DNA from: Phoronis australis
Taxonomy: Eukaryota > Animalia > Phoronida
Reading direction: 5' to 3'
Assembly: GCA_002633005.1 (NCBI GenBank)
Contig: NMRA01001232.1
Span: forward strand, 1-37,205
Length of the DNA stretch: 37,205 nucleotides
Below the pieces are notes generated by a model, which saw nothing but the letters and a program-made list of their open reading frames with translations, made no database searches and was not told the DNA's origin. Each line of letters opens with the position of its first letter. Within the stretch, counting starts at the first letter, position 1. The position numbers and the translations under genes were made by a program. Positions 23,320 to 35,328 of the stretch are shown here, piece by piece.

Positions 23320-26300
23320 AAGTTCATCATCATTCTTATTACTGTTTATTTCGCTCTGTATATTTTTATTCCACGTATTGCCTGACGATGCGACATGAAG
23401 TCACGAAATATACATGTAGCTACTATTTTTGTTTATTTGTTATATCTTTTGGTTTATTACTTCATTCTTGCACACAAGAACAAAGGAGACGAATATATGG
23501 TAGCATTTATCATTAAAGCTTCGAGTATTTTCAAACGAATGGAGTCACGTTCGAAATACCTGACGATGGTATTGTCAACAATATCTGAACGAGAAATTTT
23601 CTGTTTGTGGAGTGTTTGGAAGTGACACTACGAAAGTTTGTTGTACAAACTAATTAAAGCCAAGAACAGCTTACTTTTCAATGAAACATGTACATGTATA
23701 TGTATATTTGTGTATTTGGGTTGCAGACCTTCTTTTATACATGTTTCATTGAATAGTAAGCTATTCTTGCCTTTAGTTAGTTTGTTCAATAAAGTGTCAC
23801 AGTGTCTACATAGATGTCTTTCTTCAGAAGGCAGTTGATAGTAGATCGCCGAGTGTAAGTGGCATCACGAACACAAATATATGAGTAAATATGTAATGAA
23901 ACACTGTACAAAACATTTCATAATAAAACAGGACCTAGGCTATGCTTGGTGTTAATATTCTTGATCAACAAATTAAACCAAGTGTGACTAACTGCACGTG
24001 ACAGCAAAACGCGATGAGTCACCACTGTCGATTGTATCCTCAACCCGTCAACAACATAAGCAGATTATCTGGTTCGTGTACAACTATTTTTATCAACAAT
24101 TGACAAGAAGAAACGCAACCCTGCAGTTACCATAATACCTAACCCGTAACACTACGATCCCCGCAGTTTGGTCACATTTACTTTCAATGTTTCGAACCTA
24201 GGTTTCCAAAAAAAAGTTATACCCTTCTGTGAGACAACTCTTTGGTGCATTGACTTGTTCTTTAATGTATTTTTCTACGTCTCGGGCTAATTATCGACAC
24301 GTTTTTAAGACTTAAGTGTCCAGATTGGACTCGAAAGACTGGCCATGTGACTCGCTCATTGTCAACTTCCGCTTTGTTTACCGCAGTGAGTCTCGCTTTG
24401 TTTAATGTCCGCCACGTGAGTTAAGTCGCTGGGATAAAATGCAACAACTTACCACATTTCAGGAAAGGCGTGGCAACGCAAAATGTAGCAAGAACATAAA
24501 ATGTAGCAGTTGTAACATGTTACAAAATTTTACGGCGCATGAGGGCACTAGATTGGCCGTGAGCGCACTTCACGTTCTATCGGACTGTCGTAATTATTTC
24601 GTTGCTAATCGTGTATTTTAACAATTTTCTAGCATTTTCATCACGTTTCATTTTGTTTCCAGGATTGGAGATGGATTGCTGCACGAACTTAACTTGTTTA
24701 AAAGGACCTGCCCAAAACTGGTAATTGATTCTTTATCTCGGCTTGGACGGTACACTTGTCCGTACTTGCAGTGCGCGAAATTCCCCCAGAGCTAATTTTT
24801 GTTGATTTAATGTATTTTAAACAAATTTTAAACATTACTATCCAGCAAAGTTTCCTCAGACAGATTTGTATTAGACTCAGTCCAAACTCCCGGTCACTAG
24901 GCATAACACTTTCATTTTCAATAATGACTTTACGTGTTATGTGTCCGGCCTCACCACCAGTTTCATTTCTTCATCAGAGCTATGAAATGGCAATGTGTAA
25001 GGAAAAACACGCACAATTACGTGTGCGATTTTCTGTGCAGATGCATTGGTTTGGACGTCTGTCGTAAACAAAAACTTCTTGAACAGCTCAGAAAAGGTTG
25101 ATGAATTACGCTATGAAGGAACTAATATAATGTTGCCTTTACCACACGTGTATAATTTATTGACTTAATTGACCCTCTGTCTGTCGCTGCACCAAGCCCA
25201 AATCTCTTGGAGAAAGCATAACGGAGAATTTCCGAAAGAACGTCTACCATGAGGCCATTTACGAAGCACTTTGAACTACTTTTTGGTGGGAAGAAGTACA
25301 CCGTACGAACTTCGTACTTCTCGACCTTTAATAGGAGATTTGAAATATTTTTGTGACAGCAGAATCGTCTATAAACTTATGTTTCGGCTGAGACCGACTA
25401 CTTGTACGTAAAGAATGACGACAGAACCCAGTATGTCCAGTTGATACAGCTGTGCATTCAGGTTTTCATGGATGTAAACAAGCCAAATTCTTTCATACGA
25501 AATCTTGCTCAGTCCACTCCAGCTGTTACAGTGTAAACAGTATACAGTAGCCCAACTAAGACAAGTGCAAGTTCTATATCTGTCACCTGCTTTTCGCCAA
25601 AGTAGACGGTGTCTATTGACACAAAATCAGGTAAACAACACTTGTTTCCACTGCTCAAATGTAACAGTAGTAGGTTACAACGTTGCACGTTTTTCAATAA
25701 TAGTTTTCAAGCACTTCTGTGAGCACCCAAATTTCCGGAATGCAACTGATATCGTTTAGCTTGTTCAGAGTTACATGTCCTCTAAGTATTTTCTGTTTGT
25801 TTTTCCACAAATTTCCCAACTCAGAAAGCAGTTGTGTGAGTGATAGGATCGTCTAGTCTCATTGCCGTGGGTCTGGAGTGTCTAATATGCTTTTTATCAT
25901 TGAAGTCGCCGATGTTACTTAGTTTATTGAAAAATTCTTTGATTGTGTTTCAGTGTAAACGTGATATTTGCAACCCCTTTCAGTGAGTCATTAGTCAAAC
26001 TGAAGCAGTGTTTTTGAAGCTCTGAGCACGCATGGCTTAAACAATTCGTAAAACCTTTTTCTCTCACCATTAGACTACGATATTTAGTATATTTAAGGCA
26101 TATAGTATATTGGCACGAGTTGCCCACTGATGACAGGCATTTTTCGATTAGGTCCATTTTCTCAATTTATTGAAATCTCGGAATAAAACCTCGAAATCTG
26201 TAGCATTAAAAAGATATCAGTCGGTTCGATACCTGCATAGCATTTGACCCAGGTCGGATCCATTAGACAAAACACCTGATTTGAAGAAATGAGAACCTTC

Positions 26301-26404
26301 TTAAGTCATATGCAGATTTAGAGCCTCCCCCTTGGCTGCCGCAATCAAAATGTAACAGATAGAGCGTGAAGCGTGAGGAAATGTAGAGTTTAGCACCAAG
26401 AGTG

Positions 26405-26566
26405 GGTAGCGGATAAGGGGGGCGCCAAGATTACCACAGGAATCGGACTCCCGTTTATTTTTGGGTCCGCAAACTTCCGGCCCCCTGTGCACAAAAAAAT
26501 CGCACTTTGCCCAATTTTCCCTGGCAACATGTTGCCCCCCTTCATGGTATCCTAGATCCGCCCCTG
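26405..26566. mobile_element. Short hAT-like MITE remnant
   Basis: Right end CCTAGATCCGCCCCTG (reverse complement CAGGGGCGGATCTAGG) and degenerate left end GTAGCGGATAAGGGGGGCG. A related end, CCTAGATTCGCCACTG, lies at 12056-12071. Confidence 0.45.
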
Positions 26567-29164
26567 TACGTACACATAATATTCCGGGTCTTCCAGCGAG
26601 GGTTTGCGGAAGTCCGTAGCCAAATACGCCACATACATCTGCTACATATGCTTAGTGCTTAAACTACCTTTCTGTCCACAGATAGCGTCCACAACCACCG
26701 CTGCTTCAGCACGTGTAGTCTTAACCTTCGACCTAGAAGGATCAGTGATTTCCCTATAGCAAGTTTGGTCATCTCAATTTCAATTCTGGCTAAGTGCGGT
26801 AGGTGTTCAATGATTTCCAAGAACACGTGTCCACAGCAGAAGTTTGCGTCCACACAATGTGTATAGAATCCTTAAAATGAGAGTAAAAGACGTCAAACAT
26901 CCAGAACAAACCCAGTATTCGAGAGGGCTATATTATTTTGTCTTGGTTCAAGTTGCTGTCCCAGTCACCGTCCACAACCATCACGGCTTCCACTAGTTTT
27001 ATAATCTCACTTAAACTTGTAAATACATGTAGAAGGACCATTGGTTCCTACGAGCAACTCTAGTCATGTCACGTTCTCTCGTGTTCCGAAACGGTAGGTT
27101 CCAGTGACTACTTGGGACAAAGGTTAAAAGCAGAATCTGCTTCAGCATATGGTGTATAGATCCAATAAAATGAAGGTAAACGACGACAGACGTCCAGACC
27201 AACATCTTCAGCCGAGAAGGCCGCATTGATCACAGACCCCATGTTGTGGTTAATTACATTGCATTGAGCCTGCTATTGTCATTCTCAAGACAACCAGACC
27301 CATCACAAACACATTGGAGCGACAACAGTATTAATTTTCAAATTAAAACCATAATTGTTTGATTAATTCGTGAAAAGAACACGTGATCAAGTCTCTGAAT
27401 TTCGAAAAATCGGACAAGAAATGCGACTTTTACAACCAAAACTTTAGTGTAATGACACCAGATCATGCTCCTTATGAATAGCGAAGTTGCAACCGAGTAA
27501 ATTTAACGATTGCGCATTTCCAGAAATTGGAGTGCGCAAAGGCTATTGGGATTGATTAACGTATGTTGAATGGCCATTTTTTTGCACGACGTGTGATTTG
27601 TATGCATTAAACTACGCTGCTGTATGTAATTTTGCCACTATCGCCCTGATAAGCGCCCATGCCCCTGTAAGTGCCCCCACGCGTTTTCAGACTTCGCTAA
27701 AGTAAGTGCCCAGCCCATGAAATACGTGCGAAAAATGCCTTACCTACAGTTCTAAAATTTCACTGTAACGTCTCCAATTTATCAATTGAACGATCTGACT
27801 GTCCTGAATTTGTAGACCACGAGCCTCATCGTTATGTCAGTATACACTTCAAACTTACGACGCAATTCAAAAAGAATGCAAAAGTTTTGCTGTTCTTGCG
27901 AGGAATCTGCCCCGCCATGGTCTAGACTTTGAGAACAGACGCAGCTTACTTGTCAGCGGGATTGCATTTTATCTTTCCGGTACAGATCTTCTCCGGCCTC
28001 AACAATAATCCAAACTTCTATGTACACGTGGAATCCGAGAATCGAACACTAATAAAAAACACTCGACCAGTGTTAGCACGCGGCCAAGAAGAGCGCGCTG
28101 CATAATGTACCTGCCATACAGACATCACATAGACTGGGCGCACGCGCTCCTGCCGCTGACATCTTAACACCGTATTGGAGAGTGGTACTAGTCACGTGAC
28201 ACGGCCATTTGCCCTGTAAACAAACGGGGCAAATTAATTGCCCTTTTCAAAACGCGATATCTAACAAATAAAGAGGCCCAAGAGTGTGAATTTTTCACAG
28301 AAGCATAAAAAACCTGTAACGAGCACTTACATGCGTTTTTAAGAGTCAAACAGTCGATAGGGAAAATATCAAACTAAAGGAAGATCGCAAACTGCGTTTG
28401 ATATTCTCAAATGGCCTGAGCGGCAGCACGCTTGTCAATCCACTGCAAGCTTTTTATTTTTTCGTTTTTTCAAGAGACACCAGTATGATCGCGCAAATTT
28501 AACATTTAATTCGCGTCGCTCGATGCAAATACATTATATCCAGGAGACATGCTGCTCACTTGGGATGTATTTTCGTGGTGCCTCAATAGGACACTTCTCA
28601 GTCTGAAAAAAGACCCCGGGTAACTTTCTAAAATTAAAATATGACCCGGGTCGCTTTTAATGGGGGTCTACATTTAATGTGAACTACTGTGAAAACTGTC
28701 CTCATTGGAGTCATGTAAATGAATGACACTGAAGTTTTTAAAGTTCATTAGGGCGTTCTCCCGTTCAGTGACTTCACTGAGTTGATGATTCAGAAACAAT
28801 AAGCATGATCAGAGTATTTGATGGGGAATTCAGAACATTTTGTAACTTATCTTATTTTTATCAGCACAGCCCAATGAGGCTATAAGATACATGTACGATC
28901 TTATCGGAGATTAGACCAATTATCGAACAAAAAAGCTGACCCTCCCTTCCCTAATTGCCAAAGTGGACTTCTGAATCATCAGTGTACTAAGATATTGGCT
29001 ACAGCGCATGTGCAATGTACCATAGGGGTCTGGGGGAAGCTATAGCCTCCCCCCACTTTTCTCAGTGCTGCGCCGCAAATGCACAGTCATCCGCCCAACT
29101 TGTTGGGCTATACAACCTAACAAATTAGCCTCAACGGGACAAGATAATGTAAAAAGCAAAGAAC

Positions 29165-29695
29165 ACAGTTCTTGGGATTTCCAACATACAAATATTCTTC
29201 TCTCATGCACAGTATTCCTCTCTCGCGGATCTGTAGTCCGACCAAACAAGCGCCAGACACTTGTTGGCGTCTTGTAGTATCCCCATACCGTGTAATTATG
29301 TGCTCACAAAGAGATCGTCCCCCCGGAAAGAATACAATATATCGGCCTTTGCTACCAGTTCTACCGATGTTTCTAACCCATTTTACCAGTTCATCATCCT
29401 TAGGAAACAGGTTGCAACTAAATTCTTTATCTCGCTAGCTGCTATTATATCAGCCAGGCACGCAACTCGTATAACCTCCATGTGTCCGGTTCGCCCCCAC
29501 GCTTGCGGATGTACTTGTTTACTGAATAAAACCGCGTTAACCACAGTGCAACATTCTGACCCATTTCTAATATAGCGGCGTTGCAACTCCGCTGTTCTGC
29601 CAATGGTGCGACATAACTTGGCCAATTTGCCAAACCACCATTGCCCACCATTTGGATTTTGAGGTAAACCAAGTGTCATCGTGCTGTTCTTGTCC
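29165..29695 (-). pseudogene. Possible C-type lectin domain gene remnant
   Basis: ttatcttccAG acceptor. Stitched frames give TWFTSKSK..GNGGLA...EQ...LWL...GGEPDTWRLYEL(R)AWL...KEFSC and NKCLALVW..EEYC.*EKNIC. Confidence 0.35.
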
Positions 29696-31301
29696 TGGAA
29701 GATAAGTTATCTGGAGGCACGGGTTAACGCTACGGGTCAAATTATTATTCGTCAGCTGCTTTATATTACACAAATGGGCCGAAAATGCTCAATAAAGGTT
29801 ATCCGTGTTATTCCTAATCTCGGGTCTCATTCTTACGTAGGTAGATGTAGTGCTCAATTCACAGCAGGTGGTGTGGGTCACTTACAACTCACCGATACGC
29901 CCGTGACACAGGATGCTGAACATGGACAATTCACTGCGTTTCTATAATCCTAAGTTCCCTTGTGATTTCTGGTGTAAAATCTTTTGGGAAATGAACACCA
30001 GTAAAGTGCAGAGATCTCCAATAAAATAGCTTACCCTCAGATATCGCCTGGCAACTCACACGTTGAACATGATTTATTTAGCAAAATTTAGTGTTAGCTT
30101 TAACGTCTTTCAAGCATTTACTTTCTTGGGTCTCTGAAGTATTCCGGACTTTTGTTTTCGTTTAATTATCTATTGTTTTGATAATATTAATTTATTTTTC
30201 ATTTATTGAGTCCTATTTTCTTTTCTAACCATTACATACACATACCTGAGCACACTCTTATCTGACCATCACTGCGTTTTGCCTATGTTTAATGTCCGTT
30301 TTCATCTCTTTAATGTAAATGTTAATACCAAAGAACCGCCAAGGAAAGGTCACTCTATCTGGTGCAATCTATTTTATTTGATTTTCTTGTTTTTGATTTC
30401 GATTATGTTAGATTCTTTTTAGTAATGATTTGAATCACGTGGCATAATATTGCGTTGGACTATCCGTAAACATGAGTTCATTCAGGTGCACTAATTAAAC
30501 AAAAGCTAAGAAAACTATCAACCAATCCGGTCCGTCTTTCACCCAACAGCTAGCAATTACAGTTATGAAGGAAAAAAAATTGTAAATAGCACGTACATGT
30601 ACCTGTTTTTGAACTTCTCAGAACATCGTACCGGGTGATTATTTATTTCTATGTACAATGTACATATGAAAACACAAAACAAGATTCAGGGTATTGGATT
30701 TACCAAAGACTACTTCATTGTAAGGAAGACTTCGCGATATGTAACGTAAATGGTCAATCCCTGGCCTTATCTTGGACCTGTAATACACATGTAGACCTGC
30801 TTGCCGATTGCAGCCATTGTGATAAATGTCTAGGTTTCTTCGAATTTTTTTTACCTATTATTACTTATTTCTTTCTAAGCATATTGCAGCTGATCATCTT
30901 GTCTTTTAAGATTATATAGAACTTGGAAAACATTGGATAGTGGCTGATTGGATTAATATGGAAATTTCAGATCGCATTCTTTATACTCTGCTCTCCGAAA
31001 TATCCCTAGAAATTATTTTTAAGATTATCCACTTTTGCATGAGGGTTTTTCAAAAATGGGACTTTTATGGTTTTTAAGAAAACATTTAAAAATAGCATGA
31101 AACGAAAACGAGCTGATGATTCACAAAAATGGAACTACGTTTTTAAGATTTCATCTTTGATATTTATATCGAACAAAATTTGATCATGTTATTTATACAG
31201 TTGTTTTGCTATGAACATATCGTTCTTCTAAACTTGACCTACTTATTGGCAGACATAGTAAAGTCAAAAATCAAAGTCAAAATGCTTTCTATTTTCAGAA
31301 A

Positions 31302-31562
31302 ATAAATACTAATACATGTATAAATACTAATACATGTATGAATACTAATACATGTATAAATACTAATACATGTATGAATACTAATACATGTAAAAATACT
31401 AATACATGTATGAATACTAATACATGTATAAATACTAATACATGTATAAATACTAATACATGTATAAATACTAATACATGTATAAATACTAATACATGTA
31501 TAAATACTAATACATGTATAAATACTAATACATGTATAAATACTAATACATGTATAAATACT
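31302..31562. repeat. 18-bp minisatellite, 14.5 units
   Basis: Unit ATAAATACTAATACATGT with ATGAAT and AAAAAT variants. Confidence 0.98.
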
Positions 31563-33009
31563 TAGTCAAAATCTAAACTTTTCCGGTATTTGGCTAAATA
31601 CACAGATACGTTTTTCGTTTTAATTCAAAATAACACTGGCTTTAGTTTCCGAACTGTCAGGACGATCGAGTGTTTTTTTAAGCCGCTGATGGAAATCCTA
31701 ACATTCTTTCTAAAACAAGTTGTATTTAGTGCTAGGCATGTCTGCATGCCATGTGCAGGATATCCTAGCAATATTCCATTAATGATAAAAATGTGTTTTG
31801 TTTCTCCATCAACCCGAAAAACAGAAACTAACATAAACAATGACATTATTTGAACCAGGAAATAGAACTGTTACAGGGCCGTCTAAATGGTCTAATTAAT
31901 GGGTGAAATGCACGATTGAGTTTTAAGTATGATTTTGCTCCAAATGCTTTACAAAATTTGGACCTAAAAATTTCACCTTTTGAAAGAGGGCTTTTTCGGG
32001 GAAGCTGTTTTAGGGATTGAATATTTGGAAAGTCTCCATAGAAGTAAACATGAAGCCACAATATCCCACTGAAAAGCAAACGTAAGTGCTTAATCCTGAT
32101 CTAAACTAATGTAAAAGCACTACAGTACTTGTACTGAGCGATCCATTGTATTTTGCGAGCCCAAATAATATTGCCTATTTTTTCGTGATGGGGTGCGCTA
32201 GAGCATCGAATTAGAAAATTGTTTTATTCAATTGGTTCTCGTACAAGGGAGTCAAAAGCCTAAATGCGCGTGTATGCTGTAAAATTATCATTGTCTATAT
32301 CGTTCCTTGAACTTCGTGGCATTTTAAACAGTTTAGATGAATTTTGCAGAGTTTGGCATTCCCAAATTTATCGGTTTACAGTTTTGGTACTCAGACTTTT
32401 TCTGCTACAAAATCCTGTGTACTACTTGAATATCTCTTCCAATTCGTTTGCAAAATTACCAAGGCGTTCTGGTGCCAGGTATAGCAAACTTCAACGCGTA
32501 GCCAATAAAAAAATTCACGAAAATGTGAACATGGTTAATAAATATGTGAATACTTGCCTTCTGGAATATTAGCTCTTTGTACTTTGTCGATCAGTCGGAT
32601 TCTTGCACCTGAGGAAATTTCAATTCGGACTCACGTCGTCACCGAACCAATTAAACTTTGCTCTTTGAGTGCCCTAAACATTAAACCTCGACCCAAAGAA
32701 ACGATTTCCACAGTGAACTGCAAACTATAACTTGTACTGTTTCACCTAGTGGATGATTTACGGAATGTTATCAACGATAAAGCGCGCAGGCTTCAAATTG
32801 AAATTCCAAACAGATGTGCCAAATCTTCGAAATGTGTACATAAAAAATTACCTTGGTTAGAATCAGAGATGTCAATTTTAAATAAAAGTCGTCTAGGGGT
32901 TATTAGCAATCTACTACCCTGTTGCTTTTTATTTATATTTCGTTTGTAGATGACAGCAAGTCAAATCAGTGGGCTTCTTAGTTTAAGATCCTACGTGATT
33001 TCTTTTCAG

Positions 33010-33157
33010 GGAGAAGTTTACAGATTATGGCCGAAATGTATCTGTAAATTTGTCTCAAGGGTTTGCTGACTTTTCCTGTCCGCAGTACGTCAAAGAGTTC
33101 CTGAGCAAAGCAGTACTATCTGACGATCCTCTGAATCACCAATACACCCGTTCTGCG
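33010..33157 (+). CDS. KYAT: Internal exon of kynurenine--oxoglutarate transaminase (KYAT1/KYAT3, CCBL family; class I PLP aminotransferase)
   Basis: Acceptor tttcttttcAG (33008-33009), donor GTaacg (33158). 148 bp, phase 2 to phase 0. Encodes EKFTDYGRNVSVNLSQGFADFSCPQYVKEFLSKAVLSDDPLNHQYTRSA, which matches the family motif VNLGQGFPDF...NQYT. Confidence 0.92.
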
Positions 33158-33288
33158 GTAACGTGTCTTTATGCATTATGTCATATTCACCTAATTACGC
33201 GTATCTTACAGTTTCCGAAAAAATCTGTCAACAGGTTTGGCATTCCGGCTATGCCATGTAATCGAGTCCAAGGTGCAACCGATTGGGG

Positions 33289-33568
33289 GGTAAAACATGG
33301 GGATTAAGTATTTTTTATGGATGTACAATGTCGTTATCAGACCCATGTTTGCTTACGCGGAATTAATATAAAAACATCTTGTGAACAGAGAACTGTTAGA
33401 CCTAAAGTGGGTTAAATACAACATTTAATTTGTTTATGTGGTACCTCTGCATTTCCGGGGACACCTACAGCTGCATTGGAAATGCTTATTGGTTTGCCCT
33501 CCATGCATATTTACCTCAGCGGTGAAGATTTGCTTGCAGCTTACCGCGTGAGGTGTAATTGGAGGTGA
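33289..33568 (+). mobile_element. Non-LTR retrotransposon (LOA/I/R1-group) ORF2 fragment in KYAT intron
   Basis: Frameshifted GKTWGLS..WMYNVVIRPMFAYA..IQHLICLCGTSAFPGTPTAALEMLIGLPSMHIYL..AAYR matches the post-RT region motif GAxxTTPTAALExLxxLPPxH. Confidence 0.8.
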
Positions 33569-33854
33569 AGTGATGCGCAAAATACCTAACACTTAAAGTT
33601 GATAGAATCTACAAACTTACGTTTGAGGTTTTTGTTAAAGCTCGTGGTCCATTGTGTGGTGATAGTAAGTCTTAACTGACTTGAAGACATTGGCTATGAT
33701 TGTCGTGCCCATTCATGTTCTGTCATGTGATTGGAGGGGCCCAGCCCGAAGGCAACTGAAGAACAACGATCTTTGTATTATGATAGGGAACCTTACCTAA
33801 AGCCAGTCAAAAAGCGGGCCAATTATGCAATTTTACAGGAAACCACGAGAAGAT

Positions 33855-33905
33855 GTATGAACCCTGGGACCTCCTGTAATAGTCAGGGGCCGTGACCAAA
33901 GGTAG
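33855..33905 (-). mobile_element. Possible tRNA-derived SINE head
   Basis: Minus strand TGGTCACGGCCCCTGACTATTACAGGAGGTCCCAGGGTTCATAC has a D-arm-like segment, a CCTG/CAGG stem with a 7-nt loop, and a B-box-like GGTTCA. Confidence 0.3.
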
Positions 33906-33999
33906 TCAAACAGTGGTGCCTCCAAACTAATGTTGGGTATCCTAATAATGTAACGCACTTTGCTCTTCGGCAGCCTATAGACTCTGTGGCCCCCTTCAA

Positions 34000-34400
34000 G
34001 TGGGCTGCCTATATTAAAATTGACGGCCTCGCATGTCGGGCGAGGTCACTCTCGCTAGAAGACGGCCGGAGAGCGGGGTCCATAGGAGGCCCCGGTCTCC
34101 AGCTGCCTTCCGGTGAGGCCCCCTACATCAATATAGGGGCCTTGCTTTTCGATCGCCTTTCAGCGAGGCCTTCGTATAATAATACAGGCGGCCTCGATGA
34201 AAGGCGGCCGGAGAGCTGGGCTTCTTTATTATTATAGGGTGTCCCACTCTCTGACAGCCTTTCGGCGAGGCCGCCTATATTATTATAGGCGGCCTCGCCA
34301 AAAGGCGGCTGGAGAGCGAGGCTTCCTATATTAATATGACAGGCCCCGCTCTTTGACCCCTTTCGGCGAGGCCACCTATATTAATATAGAGGGCCTCGCT
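34000..34400. repeat. Array of GC-rich palindromes (~51-bp spacing, 102-bp period)
   Basis: CCTTTC(A/G)GCGAGGCC at ~34156, 34258 and 34359. AT-rich palindrome centres (TATATTAATATA-like) recur every ~51 bp. 34257-34306 is a 23-bp-arm hairpin with 1 mismatch. Confidence 0.9.
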
Positions 34401-35178
34401 TTTGAGACCTGAAATTCAAATTTTTGCCTATGTCATTTTAATAAGAATAAGTCATTTAAAATAATAAGCTGTTAGCAAAATTTTGTCAGCATGGTGGCGG
34501 CAAAACTATCAAAATTGCTTGCTTGCATTAAATTTCCATTAAAAATCTCAAAGTGCTGCCCCACTACGACTCTTTCGCCATGTATCGACAAGACTTAGTC
34601 CAATTCATCGCTGCTATAGCAGCCTTTGTAAAGAGTTTTCAAAACTTTCTCTAAGCTTTTGATGACTGGCAAGTGTTATTTCATTTTATAAGACAAGATA
34701 AAAATTCTACCGTTGATTGTTTATGTCAGAAGGTCAAAGCCTTGTTGAATAAGAACCCACAGATTACGATGAAAAAAACAGGTGAAGCACTTCTGCAACT
34801 TCACGAATTTGCCGTAATTGGCTGCCCATTTCAGTGCACCTTAGAAAATTCATGTAGACAACGAACTTGATATCGTGCCACTGACTATTTAGCGTACATG
34901 TACTGTCGCAAACTGATTACGAGAATGACCATAAAGTAATGTGCAGTTTGCCGGTTGTATCTACTCATGGTGTGCAACATTACACATTTTCTCGAGAATG
35001 GACCCTGGCAGTTTTCCAAGCAGTATCGTCAAAAGTTTGCTGGTAAAAGCATTATATGTAGGTATTTCATACATGGACTGTAACGTTGACCTTATCTTCA
35101 CGTCACCAATAATGAAATTTGGATGTTCGTGATATTTATTCTGCACTCTCGGTTTGAGACTGCCTTTTCTTCTTTCAG

Positions 35179-35328
35179 GGTCATCCGGACTTGGTTAAGG
35201 CAATTGCAAAGCTTTACTCCCCCCTTATTGGTCGAAATATAGATGCGATGTCAGAGGTTTTGGTCACCGTTGGTGCAACGGGCGCTTTATTCTGTTGTTG
35301 TAGTACTTTGCTGTCGCCGGGTGACGAG
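35179..35328 (+). CDS. KYAT: Next exon of the KYAT1/KYAT3-like gene
   Basis: Acceptor cttttcttctttcAG (35177-35178), donor GTagtt (35329). 150 bp, in phase with the previous exon. Encodes GHPDLVKAIAKLYSPLIGRNIDAMSEVLVTVGATGALFCCCSTLLSPGDE, which matches GHPxLVxA...IDx.xEVLVTVGAxxAL...GDE. The following exon (VIxIEPxFDxY) was not found, so the gene continues past 37205. Confidence 0.93.

Noticed and set aside
23103-23333. Poly-Asp and poly-Ile ORFs
   Set aside because: Translations of the (GAT)n microsatellite.
27632-27716. Tc1/mariner-pogo-like end with TAAG(C/T)GCCC repeats
   Set aside because: Three short repeats are present, but no convincing partner TIR or TA TSD was found, so no element could be delimited.
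31338-31565. ORF of (INTNTC)n repeats, or a CRISPR-like array
   Set aside because: Pure head-to-tail 18-bp minisatellite with no unique spacers; the ORF is a by-product of a stop-free unit.
33158-33307. C-terminal part of ORF 33050-33307
   Set aside because: Read-through into the intron after the GT donor at 33158; KYAT similarity resumes only at 35179.
33970-34400. CRISPR or REP-like array and ORF 33986-34237
   Set aside because: The intervening sequences are themselves repeats, the context is a eukaryotic intron, no cas genes are present, and the ORF reflects GC-rich repeat sequence.
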